Assembly (NCBI RefSeq): GCF_001194135.2
Contig: NC_068994.1
Coordinates: 41,855,805-41,919,804, forward strand
From: Octopus bimaculoides
Lineage: Eukaryota
DNA: 64,000 nucleotides
Direction: 5' to 3'
Shown: piece by piece, positions 50,396 to 63,965 of the stretch
Numbering within the stretch: position 1 is the stretch's first letter
How the letters are laid out: the number at the start of each line of letters is the position of its first letter
The notes under the pieces: generated by a model
The model's input: only the letters and a program-made list of their open reading frames with translations
What the model was told of the DNA's origin: nothing
The model's database searches: none
Program-made: the position numbers and the translations under genes

Positions 50396-52092
50396 GTTTG
50401 TAAGAAGAACATTCAGAGAAGAATTGAGGATAAGTAATATGTCTGTTTATTTGATTATAGTTAAGTAAGCATTTACTAATGTGCAAGTGAGAATAACAGT
50501 TAGAGAAGATGAATCATACATGGCAAGGAAGAATTTATACCAATAGTATATTTATTTCGTAATAATAGATGTATTTACTAAATGTAGCAGATAATCATGA
50601 CAAAAAACGAGAAAAACAGATTAATCACTGAAATAGGGGGAAAAAAACATAAATATTGAATAAGAATATTAAGGTATATATATTAAAAGATAGATATGGA
50701 GACAGAGTAAGAATATATCTTCATTGAACAATAGGTTGAATAGCTGTGGTTGATATATTGTTAGTAAGCGCATCATGACAAGGGAAGACCATTTCTGCAT
50801 CAGGAAAATATTCAGTAGAACGAAGAAAGGAGATGTGGCTTACATACAGATCTATATGAATGAATAACAGTGGCATCAACTTGAAAAAGATGTAAATAAC
50901 TTTTGCTTGACTATTACTAAAAAATTCATTATCCTAACGGGGGTGGAAAATAGCATTTTGTTTGATGAATATTGTGCTATAGTCAATTGCTTTATCAACA
51001 TCAAACATCTGAAAAAAAAAAAAAAGGGAAAAGGAGAAAAATGAAAGGAAAAAAAAAAAAGGAAAAATTATGTGGCATTGTGTTGCGAGGTATGAATATA
51101 TATATATATGTATATGTATATTTATTTATTTTTCTCTCTTCTATAGAAACATTTGCAACTTGCAAGAGAATGGACTAGCAATGGAAAACAGATTCAGACA
51201 CAGCAGGAGACAAAAGAGTGTGTAGCAGGAAAAGGGAAATAACGATGACAATAACAAAACAACAACTACAGCAACAAACAAACAAACAAAAAATAAATAT
51301 ATATATAATGCATTTGCAACAACAACAACAACAACAACAACAACAAAAACAACAACAACAAATGATACTGTCAACAGCAAGAACATCCACAACAATAATA
51401 TATTGAGTATAGAAATGTAAAGCAGAAAGGAGAAAAATTGTGAAAAAATGCCTATCAGTTTAAAGAATAGAGAGATGCAAGCAGTCAAATGATAGTTACA
51501 GCCTTTTCTGATATATATTACATATATACATATGAATATATATATACATATAAATATATATATATATAGATATATACACACACTCATATGTATGCATTTG
51601 CTGCTTTTCTTTTATTCTTTCTTTTTTTTTTTTTTGTAAGATTGTAAACAAGAAATACAATAATGAAGATGGAAGATAAAAGAGAAGATGGCGAAAGGTA
51701 ACATTGTGCAGTTATTGGAAATCCTTTCATTGCAAAAGAGATGTGCACTTTGCATGTGGTTTGACTTATTAGGAATTCACTTTCAGAACTTGACATTCAC
51801 GACATAATTAAGAGAGATAGGCATGTGGAACCTTCTACAAGATATATACATAGATACATACATACATGCATATCTCTCTCTCTCTCTCTNNNNNNNNNNN
51901 NNNNNNNNNNNNNNNNNNNNNNNNNNNNNNNNNNNNNNNNNNNNNNNNNNNNNNNNNNNNNNNNNNNNNNNNNNNNNNNNNNNNNNNNNNNNNNNNNNNN
52001 NNNNNNNNNNNNNNNNNNNNNNNNNNNNNNNNNNNNNNNNNNNNNNNNNNNNNNNNNNNNNNNNNNNNNTATATATATATATATATAAATGC

Positions 52093-52134
<42 letters not shown>

Positions 52135-52654
52135 GTATATAATATATATGGATATTATGTATATGTGTATGAGTCTACATGCAAATAACATTTTATCACT
52201 TTTACATGCAATTTTCCATTTAATCATGAGTTGAACAGTTCTTCAAATTCACACATTTGCATAAATTGTGAGTCATATAATTTACAGATAGATGCTCTAT
52301 CAAACATAAAGTAGACGAGTTTCATGTTTGAGGGATCCTAGTCATTATATATGCACGCTTGTAAGAAGCAGTTTTAGCTTTTAAAGGCTGTAAGCTTAGG
52401 CATATAATTCTAGATGTTTCACGAATTTCCATTCATCTGCTTTTACATATGATTGTGATTAAGAAGAAAATTTGGAGGCCTTAGTAACCAGAGATCTGTA
52501 AGCAACAAAGATTTCTTCTCACTACAAATATTGAAAGACAGCTCAACAATCAAATGCATACACACATATGTAAATAAATGAACACACACACACTATACAA
52601 TTCTTTTTGGGAATGTGGATCTTGAAGCAGATAGACTAAAACAATGGTTTCACA

Positions 52655-52860
52655 TTTTGCCACAAGGCCAGTAAGTTTGAGGGAGGAGATAAAATGATTA
52701 CATCGACTCTAGTACTCAGCTGGTACTTATTGTATTGACCTCAAAAGAATAAAAGGAGAAGTCAACCTCAATGGAATTTGAACCCATAACGTAAAGGTAA
52801 TTGAAGGGCCAGTAAGCATTTAGTCCAGTGCGCTAATGATTCTGCCTGGGCACCACCTTA
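52655..52860 (-). mobile_element. SINE family B
   Basis: ttttgccacaaggccag..ctggtactt..ggaatttgaaccc..gattctgcc. Confidence 0.8.
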
Positions 52861-52955
52861 AGTAAGCTACAAATAATAGCATGTAAATATTTGGTTAAAA
52901 AAATTTTCTGGATAGAAATAGTCAAAGGCTGATTGTGGGACTCAAACTCACATCA

Positions 52956-53027
52956 CTAACAATGGTGCCAAGAGTAGCATGCCTGTCATGTTTACAGGAG
53001 ACATGGGTTCAAGCCCCACATGCAGCC
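52956..53027 (+). pseudogene. tRNA-like relic (D, anticodon and T arms fold; acceptor stem broken)
   Basis: gtgc(caagagta)gcat, cctgt(catgttt)acagg, tggg(ttcaagc)ccca at tRNA spacing. Confidence 0.35.
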
Positions 53028-53149
53028 TTCGTCATATCACTCCAAAGGGGTTTTATGCTTTGAGATACAACTTTCAAAAAATTAAATACTTCTTGTTCTC
53101 TGAAACTTTATAAAATCCTTCATATGGTCAACATATATATATATCCTTA

Positions 53150-53725
53150 TCATCATCATCATCATCATTGCTTAATGTCCGCTTTCCATGCTGGCATGAG
53201 TTGAACAAGTTGACTGAGGACTGGCGAACCAGATGGCTGCACCAGGCTCCAGTCTGATCTAGCAGAGTTTCTACAGCTGGACGCCCTTCTTTATGCCAAC
53301 CACTCCGAGAGTGTAATGGATGCTTTTATGTGCTACCGGCATGAGGGCCAGTCAGGCAGTACTGGCAACAACCATGCACAAATGGTGTTTTTTACATGCC
53401 AGCAGCACAGGAGCCAGTCCAGCGGCACTAGCAACGACCTCGCTCGAATGATCTTTTTCATGCCACCGGCACAAGTGCCAGTAAGGCAACGTAGATAACG
53501 ATCACGCTCAAATGGTGCTTTTCACATTCCACTGGCACAGGAGACAGACAGCTGCTCTGCCAATGGTCACACTCGGCTGGTGTTGTTAGCGCTCAACTGG
53601 CATGGGTGCCAGTCATCGAATTTGGTTCAATTTCGATTTCACTTGCCCCAACAGGTCTTTGCAAGCAGAGTTTAGTGTCCAATGAAGGAAAGGTTGGCAC
53701 AGATGCTAGTCATCAAGTTTGGTTC
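53150..53725 (-). mobile_element. Family D long 3' region with internal degenerate tandem units
   Basis: (cat)n..aatgtccgctttccatgctggc; recurring atggtg(t/c)tttt..ccac/gc..ggcacagga units about 53330-53575. Confidence 0.8.
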
Positions 53726-54169
53726 GATATATATATATACATATATATATNNNNNNNNNNNNNNNNNNNNNNNNNNNNNNNNNNNNNNNNNNNNNNNNNN
53801 NNNNNNNNNNNNNNNNNNNNNNNNNNNNNNNNNNNNNNNNNNNNNNNNNNNNNNNNNNNNNNNNNNNNNNNNNNNNNNNNNNNNNNNNNNNNNNNNNNNN
53901 NNNNNNNNNNNNNNNNNNNNNNNNNNNNNNNNNNNNNNNNNNNNNNNNNNNNNNNNNNNNNNNNNNNNNNNNNNNNNNNNNNNNNNNNNNNNNNNNNNNN
54001 NNNNNNNNNNNNNNNNNNNNNNNNNNNNNNNNNNNNNNNNNNNNNNNNNNNNNNNNNNNNNNNNNNNNNNNNNNNNNNNNNNNNNNNNNNNNNNNNNNNN
54101 NATATATATACACATACATACATACATACATACATGCATACATGCATACATACATACATACATACATGG

Positions 54170-54370
54170 TTGGTGACCATGCCAGTGCTGGTGCTGGTGT
54201 AAAAACCATTCAGTCCATTCTGCAGGGTCGTTGGTATTAGGAAGGGCATCCAGCCGTGGAAGCCATACCAAAACAGACACATTAGCCTGGGATAGTCTTC
54301 TACCTGGGTAGCGCATGTCAAACTGTCCAACCCATGCCAGCATGGAAGGTAGATGTTAAATGATGATGAT
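54170..54370 (+). mobile_element. Family D 3' end
   Basis: ttggtattaggaagggcatccagccg..ccaacccatgccagcatggaa..gttaaatgatgatgat. Confidence 0.85.
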
Positions 54371-54589
54371 ATACATACACTGTGTGTGTGTGTGTGCATG
54401 CATGTGTGTGTATATGTGCATGCATATATCTGTTTGCATGCAATACACAGGCTTAAACATAAAGTGTAGTAGAAGCATAAGAATAACTGGATATATAGGA
54501 GTGGTTATAAATGGCTGACTGTTTAGCTCTGTAAATGATAGAGGCATTCTTCTTATAGACAACATAATATATGACAGCATAGAAAGTAG

Positions 54590-54960
54590 ACTTAGAGGAG
54601 CTGGAAAGAAGACATGAGATCTCTTGTATGTTTTGGAAACAAAGGATTTTTTTCACCATAGAAAAAGACAGCCTATAAGTGACATGTGTAAGCAATCGGA
54701 AGTTGTGAGACATGAGTAGTGAATGCAGTGGTGGTGAGGATGGGGATCTAGATTGACAATAGAGATATGAAGTGAATATGATTTGTTGCATGTGTAATGT
54801 TACCTTGAGAGAAAGTTTGAGAAGAATTTACTAGAAAATGTGTCTGAGCATGAAAGGTATTAGGAGAAATTGATATGTTGATGTGCATGTGAAATGCAGA
54901 GGAATATTGCATGCTGGGAGGGGAAAAAAATGAGAAATGGAATGGATTGTTGTGGGAAGA
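54590..54960 (+). mobile_element. Decayed RTE-type LINE ORF C-terminal region
   Basis: RYEVNMICCMCNVTLRE resembles the RTE motif RNEASMLRWMCNVS; many stops. Confidence 0.45.
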
Positions 54961-56235
54961 TGTCCAGAGATATCCTTTGGCCTGGTGCAGGTTTAAGAAG
55001 GCTGATAGGTAGGGAGAGAGAGTACTCCCTAATATAAAAATAAAACAATGCTTAAGAATTGATGTTGATATATAAAAATAAATAAATAAATAAAACAGCT
55101 GTCACTGGCAACAGAGTATGACTTGGTTGTATGTAACGTGCTTATGTTTCCTGTTTCATAGTGCCTTTAGAAAACTTCTTGGTCAGCTCACACTCAATCC
55201 ACAGAACATCCTTGCTGTGATAGCAGGAGAATAAAGAGAGTAGACTAAGGTATTGTAAAATGAAGTGACTTGTTCAAGAACACAATGTTCTCCCCTGTTC
55301 AGTACTCGAACCGACGACCTTATGACATGAGACCAACACAAACTCCAGTTCACTCAGCTGTAGAAATGAGTTGCGATGTCACTGGTGCCAAGCTGTATTG
55401 GCCTTTGCCTTTCTCTTGAACAATAGTGGTGGCGTGGAGAGGGGAGGCTGGTATGCATGGGTGACTGCTGGTCTTCCATAAACAACCTTGCTCGGACTTG
55501 TCTCGGAGAGGAACTTTCTAGGTGCAATCCCTTGGTTATTCATGACCGAAGAATGTTCTTAATACCTTATCTTATATATTACTCTGTGTAAAAACCAGTT
55601 TGTCTGGAGCCCAACCAAGGATTTACAATATAGAATTGTGATGAGCCATAACTTTGGACCCAGCTATAAGAATTTTTGGAGTTCTTCACTAATCTAAACA
55701 ATATTGTTAGTCTGGTGTGCAGACATAGATCTTATGAAGTATTTTGCCCAGATTGATAATCCTTCACTATTAGCTCATGTGACACAGCATATATAAAATG
55801 CTATTTTGAAATAGAAGGGATGTGGTTTAGTGGTTAGGGTATGCAGCTTCGTCATCATCATCATCCAGTGTTTTAAATTAAATCCAGGTTTTGTCCCTGT
55901 TAACAGGGGTTGCTGGATCTACGATAATGCCATAGCAACTGAAGCAGGCAGGTGCATTCCACCCCAAACTTTGGGCTGGCTGGTTGGCTGGTGCCCATCC
56001 TCCCTTGCTATCATGAGGCTTTTTTGGAGCTGGATTTTCTATGGGGAGCATGCCCTTGCTTACCCCCAACCTCAATTTCTAGACATGAGTGGCCCCGAGA
56101 TCAAGGCTTCAACCATAATTTTTAAGAAATGTTGTGGAAAACTAGCTCAGGAAGGCAGGGCACTACTCCCTGAGACCCCTTTTGGAGCCCCCCCTTCCAC
56201 ACCTGATCAATCATAAAATCATAAGTTCACTTCCC

Positions 56236-56470
56236 AGTGGTGCATTGTGTCTTTGAACGAGACAATTTATTTCACATTGCTCCAGACCAATCAGCAGGCA
56301 AAGATGAGTTGTACCTGTAATTCAAAGGGCCAGCCGTGTCAAATTCTGTGCCATGCTGAATGTCTCTGAGAATTACATTAAAGGTATACATGTCTGTGGA
56401 GTGCTCATCCACTTGCACATTCATTTCACAAGCACGCTGTTCTGTTGATCGTATCAACAGGAACACTCAT
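56236..56470 (+). mobile_element. SINE family C-related body and 3' end
   Basis: atttcacattgctccag shared with the 17260 copy; ends in an A-rich tail. Confidence 0.65.
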
Positions 56471-57072
56471 CATCATAGCAAAAAAAAAAAAAAAAAAAAG
56501 TAAGTAAAAGCTCAATTGAATGGATAAGATGGTCTTGAACATGCAATAACAACTGAAAAACAGAAAGAATAAAAGAAAGAGGAGGAGGGGAGGAGGTGAA
56601 GCTGGTGGAGGATGATTGGGAAGAGGAGGAGCTGAGAAGGAAGAGGAGAAGATGATAGAGGGGGAGGTCAGCTGGCCACATAAAAATCGAGTTTATTACA
56701 TTGCTGTGCTGTGTGTGGTACAGGGGGTTAGTTGAGGTGCATGATTACAATGCCTGTAAGCATGACACTTAAAGAAAAAGCAAACCTTCCAGCAACTCAT
56801 ATAGTTATGAAGTTTATATCTAAATAATGTTCTTTTGTAACTTTAAAATACACCTGCATTGAATTATTGTCATTTATGAAAATATTTTATACTTACTCAT
56901 TCACTTTCTCTTGAGATTTTATATCACCACTACAATTGTTTCTGCACTTTTTCTTTCCTATTAACATACAATAACCACAAGCCCATTCCCATCTGCATTC
57001 TGTTGCTCTATCTCTTGTACTATTGCATTTTCTGGCATACAAGTCGAGATTTTCAGAACAAAATTTACATTA

Positions 57073-57235
57073 GGCGCAGGAGTTGCTGTGTGGTAAGTAG
57101 CTTGCTTACCAACCACATGGTCCTGGGTTCAATTCCACTGTGTGGCACCTTGGGCAAGTGTCTTCTGCTATAACCTCGGGCCGACCAAAGCCTTGTGAGT
57201 GGATTTGGTAGAAGGACACTGGAAGAAGCCCGTCA

Positions 57236-57276
<41 letters not shown>

Positions 57277-57955
57277 NNNNNNNNNNNNNNNNNNNNNNNN
57301 NNNNNNNNNNNNNNNNNNNNNNNNNNNNNNNNNNNNNNNNNNNNNNNNNNNNNNNNNNNNNNNNNNNNNNNNNNNNNNNNNNNNNNNNNNNNNNNNNNNN
57401 NNNNNNNNNNNNNNNNNNNNNNNNNNNNNNNNNNNNNNNNNNNNNNNNNNNNNNNNNNNNNNNNNNNNNNNNNNNNNNNNNNNNNNNNNNNNNNNNNNNN
57501 NNNNNNNNNNNNNNNNNNNNNNNNNNNNNNNNNNNNNNNNNNNNNNNNNNNNNNNNNNNNNNNNNNNNNNNNNNNNNNNNNNNNNNNNNNNNNNNNNNNN
57601 NNNNNNNNNNNNNNNNNNNNNNNNNNNNNNNNNNNNNNNNNNNNNNNNNNNNNNNNNNNNNNNNNNNNNNNNNNNNNNNNNNNNNNNNNNNNNNNNNNNN
57701 NNNNNNNNNNNNNNNNNNTACATATATATATATATATGTATGTGTGTGTTTGTGTATCTGTTTGTCCTCCCAGCATTGCTTGACAACCGATGCTGGTGTG
57801 TTTACGTCCCCGTAACTTAGTGGTTCGGCAAAAGAGACCGATAGAATAAGTACTAGGCTGACAAAGAATAAGCTCTAGGGTCGATTTGCTCGACTATAAT
57901 AAAGGCGATGCTCCAGCATGGCCGCAGTCAAGTGACTGAAACAAGTAAAAGAGAG
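57073..57955 (+). mobile_element. SINE family A reference copy (tRNA head, CORE-like gtggcaccttgggcaagt, internal microsatellite in gap)
   Basis: A box and B box ggttcaattcc; tail gactgaaacaagtaaaagag. Confidence 0.9.
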
Positions 57956-58077
57956 AGCAAAGAGAGCCAAAAATCGGTAACTTGACCGATATACCAAGGT
58001 GGACTAAAAATTCCATGTGAAACACTGCATGATTTGGAAAAAATAGTGACAATGATTCATAGTTTGCACAACGTGTG

Positions 58078-58513
58078 CATGAGGGTGAGCTGAAAAGATC
58101 CTGACCTTGGGTAAAAGAAAATACAGGTGGATCAGTTAATTATGATTTTATTCAAAACATTCCTCTCTCTCAGATTAACACACTTATTTGTTTCTTTATT
58201 GCCCACAGGGGGCTAAACATAGAGAGGACAAACAAAGGGATTAAGTCTATTACATCGACTCCAGTGCGTAACTGGTACTTATTTAATCGATCCTGAAAGG
58301 ATGAACGGTAAAGTCAACCTCGGCAGAATTTGAACTCAGAACGTAACAGCAGACAAAATACCGTTAAGCATTTTGCCTGGTGTGCTAACATTTCTGCCAG
58401 CTCACCACCTTAACACACTTATTGTAGTGGTCCTTCAGTTTTCCTAAACCTTGTAAAAGAACTTGGAAGGTTGAGCCTCCGACCAGGCCCTTCATAATGC
58501 CATTAAAGCCAGG
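58078..58513. mobile_element. Mariner-type MITE interrupted by SINE-B (58189-58409, minus)
   Basis: 14-bp TSD ttaacacacttatt at 58175-58188 and 58410-58423; remainder matches the 58548 copy. Confidence 0.85.
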
Positions 58514-58547
58514 NNNNNNNNNNATATATATATATATATATATAATG

Positions 58548-58764
58548 TGCTAGGAGTGCTGTAAAGTTCCTGGCTTAGGTGAAAGAAAATACAGGAAGAT
58601 CTGTTAATTATGATTTTATTCAACATATTCCCCTCTCAGATTCACACACCTATTGCAGCAGTCCTTCAGTTTCTCTAAGCCCTGTAAACAAACTCAGAAG
58701 GTTTGTCCTCCGATCAGGCCTTTAGTGGCACCCTTTAAGCCAGGAACTTTTCAGCACCCCCTCA
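58548..58764. mobile_element. Mariner-type MITE, uninterrupted copy
   Basis: gtgctgtaaagttcctggctt .. aagccaggaacttttcagcac TIRs; TA at the right end. Confidence 0.8.
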
Positions 58765-59139
58765 TACACTACATACTGTGCCAACTTGTATGCTGAAAAA
58801 TATGGCACTACTATAATGGCTTTTGCTCTTCTTCACTTAACATCTCACTGCAAACACTATCCCTCTAATTTACTGTATCCTCTCATTCTGTCTTGCATCA
58901 CTACTATAATGGTTTTCCAGTAGTGAAAGTATAGCAAAGCTAGTGGCAGTGTTCCAGCATGGCCACAGCTCTCACTCAGTCACTAGTGAGGAAAGAATAC
59001 ACACACACACACATCTATATAAACATATATAAAGATAACTAGATACAGTCATATATATATATATTTATATATATAACAATTGGATCTTACTCACAAGGTA
59101 TTGGAATCTTTTATGTTTACCACTCTGCCTAAACGATGG

Positions 59140-59310
59140 ATTTACAAATACAATATCCCCACATTCACTCTCTATTTCCTATCTTAACTAAACTAACTAT
59201 TGCCTAATCATCCTCTCACACCATCTCCGATGAAGAGATATAATAAATACCCTGGAAACAGGTGTAAGACAATCTATTTATAAATGTTCTATATTATACA
59301 CAGCCTTGGT
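59140..59310 (+). mobile_element. Decayed copy of the 40647-type Penelope-like repeat with a degenerate hammerhead (59224-59269)
   Basis: tct-CCGATGA..GAAAC-aggt-GTA-aga; downstream ttataaatgttct..ccttgg..atctcatt shared with the 40801 region. Confidence 0.7.
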
Positions 59311-59342
59311 TTTTTTAATCTCATTGCAAAAAGTAAATCCTT

Positions 59343-59414
<72 letters not shown>

Positions 59415-60027
59415 ACATGCTAGCATGGAAAGCGGACGTTAAACGATGATGATGATGATGATGATATATATATGTAGCAATAGTAGTAGAATGTACAAAG
59501 CAGACAGACAGACAGACAAATAGATAGATAGATAGTTAGATAGAAAAACACATATATATGTTTAGTGTGCTATATTGTCTGGGAGAAAATATCAGGTTTG
59601 TCTGATGTAAATTTGCCTTTTAGGAATAGCAGTAAGTTATGCAGAAACAAATATGCTACAAAAGTCAATGAAATCTATAGATCCATTTGCATATGCATCT
59701 CAAATTGACATGGATAGTGTTGTGCACATACACACACACACACACACACACATACACATACATACACACACACCTACACACACACACACATACACACACA
59801 CATGCATGCTCGCACACACACATATACACAAACACACATATACACACACACATATACACACACGCATACACACATATGTATGTAAGTAGGTATGCAGCCA
59901 GCATGTGTCTTTATAAAGCCAATGAGTTTGATCTGATGGGGAAAATGGCAGTGAATATGACATCATTGATGGTGAACATGATTATGATATTGACGAGGAT
60001 GTCGATAATGTTGATGAAGATGATGGC

Positions 60028-60086
<59 letters not shown>

Positions 60087-60254
60087 GGTTGCATCCACAA
60101 GTGGAAAGTCACCTTCGTTCAAAGAATTGATGAATATATATTATACATCCACATATGCATACCTACATACATACATAAATACATACATATGACTATTCCT
60201 ATGTACATAGGTATATATGCACATACATACATATATATATACATAAATACATAA

Positions 60255-60348
<94 letters not shown>

Positions 60349-60993
60349 ATAAGCAGATACAGACACACACATGCAGATATACTCACCCGTATATCATTCA
60401 ACACAGTGATTAGACAATATCAAAAGCTATTATTGTCATCAATATCATATGTTATAAATGATATGAGAGAAGAAATGAAATGCCGAACAAGATATTATGT
60501 CAACATATTAACTCACAAAATCTACATATACTCAGAGATACTCAGTCACACACACACACACACACACATACACATACACACATGCAAAGAGAAAGTGAGT
60601 AGTTAAGTATGTAATTTGTCATATAATATATAAGCTGTTTGATTTAGTTATTGTCTAATAAGCTGGTCTTGACCAAACTTGTTCAATGGATAATGTCAGA
60701 GTTAATTTACTTGGCCAGTGAGAGAAAGACTCACAAATGTAAATATATATAAACACACACACACACACACACACACACAGAGGGAGAGAGTCATCTCTAT
60801 TCTCATTATTGAAATTGCCATCATTATTAAAACCATCAACACGGCCATTACTACCTCCAACACCATCATCATCATCATCGTTGTCATCGTCGTCATCGTC
60901 GTCATTGTCAACGTTATCGCCATCATCATCATAATCCTCGTCGACGTCATCGCCATCATCGTCATCACTGTCATAATCATCATCATCATAATC

Positions 60994-61207
60994 CTTTCTA
61001 CAATAGGTACGAGGCTTGAATTTCGAAGGGAGGGGGCACTAATCAATTACATAGACCCCAGTCTTCAACTGGTACTTATTAGATTGACTCCAAAGGGATG
61101 AACGGCAAAGCTGGCCTTGGTGGAATTTGAACTCAGAACATAAACAAAGACAAATTACTGCTAAGCGTTTAGTCTGGCATGCTAATAATTCTGCCATCTC
61201 ACCACCT
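60994..61207 (-). mobile_element. SINE family B
   Basis: ctggtactt..ggatgaacggcaaag..gaatttgaactcagaac. Confidence 0.8.
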
Positions 61208-61331
61208 TAATAATGAGAATAATAGTAATAATAATAATAACAATAATAAAATGATAATAATGACAACAACAACAACAATAATAATAATAATAATTAAAAA
61301 GAATTTTTTTTTTTAATAATAATGATAACTA

Positions 61332-61945
61332 CAAAAGCACTCAGAGAGCACAGACCTCCACCAAGCAGCTCATTTCCACCCATATATATATATACGCATG
61401 CTGAAAATCGCCCAATTTCCCAAAACCAATGCTGACAAAAACATAACCTTCTTGATGGGGTTAAAAAAAAATAACACAACCATATGATTTAAAGGAAAAA
61501 AAACCCTTTAAAAACAGGAATCATCCCAATAGTCAAGGCTTGTCGTGTCATCCTCTGCAGACCTCCGCCAAACAGCTCAATTTAAGATAGATACGCGAGT
61601 GAAATTACTAATAGAGAAACGAAAATAAACTTTGGAAACAGCAATGCCACCATAGGTTATGTGGAAACGATGAAGGTGTTTTCAAGGGAGATAATCAAAG
61701 AACGTAACATTGTAATACTTCATGTAAAGTAAATATAACAAATGAAAAAGCCTTAAAGAATCCATAAAAATTCCCAGATCATTACCAAAATTTCATCATT
61801 TGTTTCTTGTGTCATTACCAACTTTTCTTGCAAGTTTCATTAAATACTGTCCACAACTTTTTGAGTTATTTTGCACACAGACAGACAGACAGAGGGACAA
61901 ACCAACGCCAATGAAAACATAACATCCTTCCTTGGTGGAGGTAAT
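61332..61945 (+). mobile_element. Two HINE-like non-autonomous elements (about 61332-61462 and 61545-61945)
   Basis: Subterminal acctcc(a/g)ccaa (61354, 61561) complementary to 3' ttggtggaggt (61932-61942). Confidence 0.5.
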
Positions 61946-62159
61946 AATAATAATAATAATGATAATAATAATATTAATATAGAAAGGATTGAGATAACTC
62001 CTCCTGAAGATATAGAGACAAAATTAAAAGAAGAGTGCCATTTGTTATCCAGTGAACAATATTTCGACATCTCGCGTGTCTTCAAGTGGTTCAAAAAATA
62101 AATTTGTCAATCTACTTCACTTTGGTTAATATAGAAAGGAAATATGGTTAATATAGATG

Positions 62160-62292
62160 CTTGGAACCGCTCGAATACTCCGGAAGGTGCTCAAAAAATA
62201 AGTGGTATTACCTTAGTTCACTGGTAGTGAACAGCTGACACTATAGTACTTCTCCAGTGTTAGAAGCTGTGCAAAGGCAATGATGATGATAA

Positions 62293-62337
<45 letters not shown>

Positions 62338-62340
62338 TAG
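62160..62340 (+). mobile_element. Dong/R4-like non-LTR retrotransposon 3' end with (TAA)n tail
   Basis: LGTARILRKVL (62160-62192) matches the C-terminal motif of R4/Dong-type ORFs; then a short 3' UTR and (TGA)/(TAA)n. Confidence 0.65.
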
Positions 62341-62722
62341 TGGTTTTAAATTTTGGTACAAGGCCAGCAAGTTCAGCAGCAGAGATGGGGTTAATGGATT
62401 AAACAGATCCCAGTATTCAACTGATAGCTATCTTATTAATCCCAAAAGGGGTGAAAGGCAAAACTGACCTCAACAGAATTTGAACCCGGAATGTAAGGAT
62501 GGACAAAATGCTGCTAGGCATTTTGCCCGGCGTAGTAACAATTCCATTAATTCACTGCCTTTATAATAATAATAATAATCCTTTCTATTATAGGCACAAG
62601 GACCTGTAATTTTGGGGGAGGGGATGAGTCGATTACATCAACCTCAGTGCATAACTGGTACTTAGTTTATCAAACTCAAAAGGATGAAAGGCAAAGCTAA
62701 CCCCGGCGGCATTTGAACTCAA
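62340..62722 (-). mobile_element. Two consecutive SINE family B copies separated by (TAA)n
   Basis: About 62340-62552 and 62575-62722. Confidence 0.8.
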
Positions 62723-62899
62723 TAATAATAATAATAATAATAATGATAATAATAATAATAATAATAATAATAACCATCACCAATGCTGCCACCACCATCA
62801 CAACCATCATCATCAGTATTATCACGACCATCATCATCATCATCATCATCCTTACCACCGCAGCTGCGGCTGTCATCCTCATTGTCCATCTAATTTACT

Positions 62900-63041
62900 A
62901 AATCTAAACGAAGCAAGACTTCTTTGAAGAGTGTGATGCTGACAGCGATGATGATAATGATGTGATTGTGAGAGTAAGTAGTGATGTTTGGTGATAGTGA
63001 TGATGATGACGATGATGACGACGACGACGACGATGATGATG

Positions 63042-63073
<32 letters not shown>

Positions 63074-63387
63074 GGTGGTGATATTGATTGTGATCGCCAT
63101 GATATTTATGGTGATGTGTAATTGTAATGGTGTTGTTGATGGAGATAATGACGATGGTGATGATAGTGATGAGGATCATAGTGACGAAGATGGTCATAGA
63201 TGCTGATGATGGTGGAGCAGGTGATGACGATGATGGAAATGATGATGACGTTGGTAGTGATGGTGATGATAGTGAGTGATGGAGATGGGGATGGCGGTAT
63301 TGTGATGATGATGGTGATGGCACTGATGATGATGTGGCATTACTGATGATAATGTGATGATAATGCTGATGATGATGATGATAGTGG

Positions 63388-63446
<59 letters not shown>

Positions 63447-63965
63447 GTAGCAGGGAGGAAGTTTGGTGATTACAATTGGTCACGATATCGGTGGTGGTGG
63501 TGGTAGAGGTGGTGATGGTGGTGGTGGTGGTGATGCTCGTAGTGGTGGTGTTGGTTGTGGTGTTTGTGGCGGTGGTGGTTGTGGGGGTGGTGATGGTGAT
63601 GGTGGTAATGATGGTGGTGCTGGGGAAGATGGTGGTATTGTGGTCTTTGTGGTGATGTGGATTTGGTGGTGTTGTGGTCTTGATGGTCTTGGTGGTGGTG
63701 GTGGTGTTTGTCGTGGTGGTGGCGGTTATGATGGTGGTGGTGGGTGGTGGTGAAGATGCTGGTGGCAGTGGTAATGATGATGATGGCGGTGATGGTTTTA
63801 GTGGTGATGGGGAAGATGGTAGTGGTGTGGTCTTGGTGGGCTTGGTGATAGAGGGGGTGACGGTGGTGGTGGTGGTGGCGGTGGTGGTTGTCGTCATTGT
63901 AGTCATGGTGGTTGTAGAGACGGTGGGGGTTGCTGATGATGATAATGATGCAGCTGCAATGATAT
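62900..63965. repeat. (GAT)n/(GGT)n low-complexity tract
   Basis: Read directly. Confidence 0.9.

Noticed and set aside
63340-63906. Mucin-like Thr-rich 188-aa ORF on minus
   Set aside because: Derived from the (GGT/GAT)n tract; open in several frames
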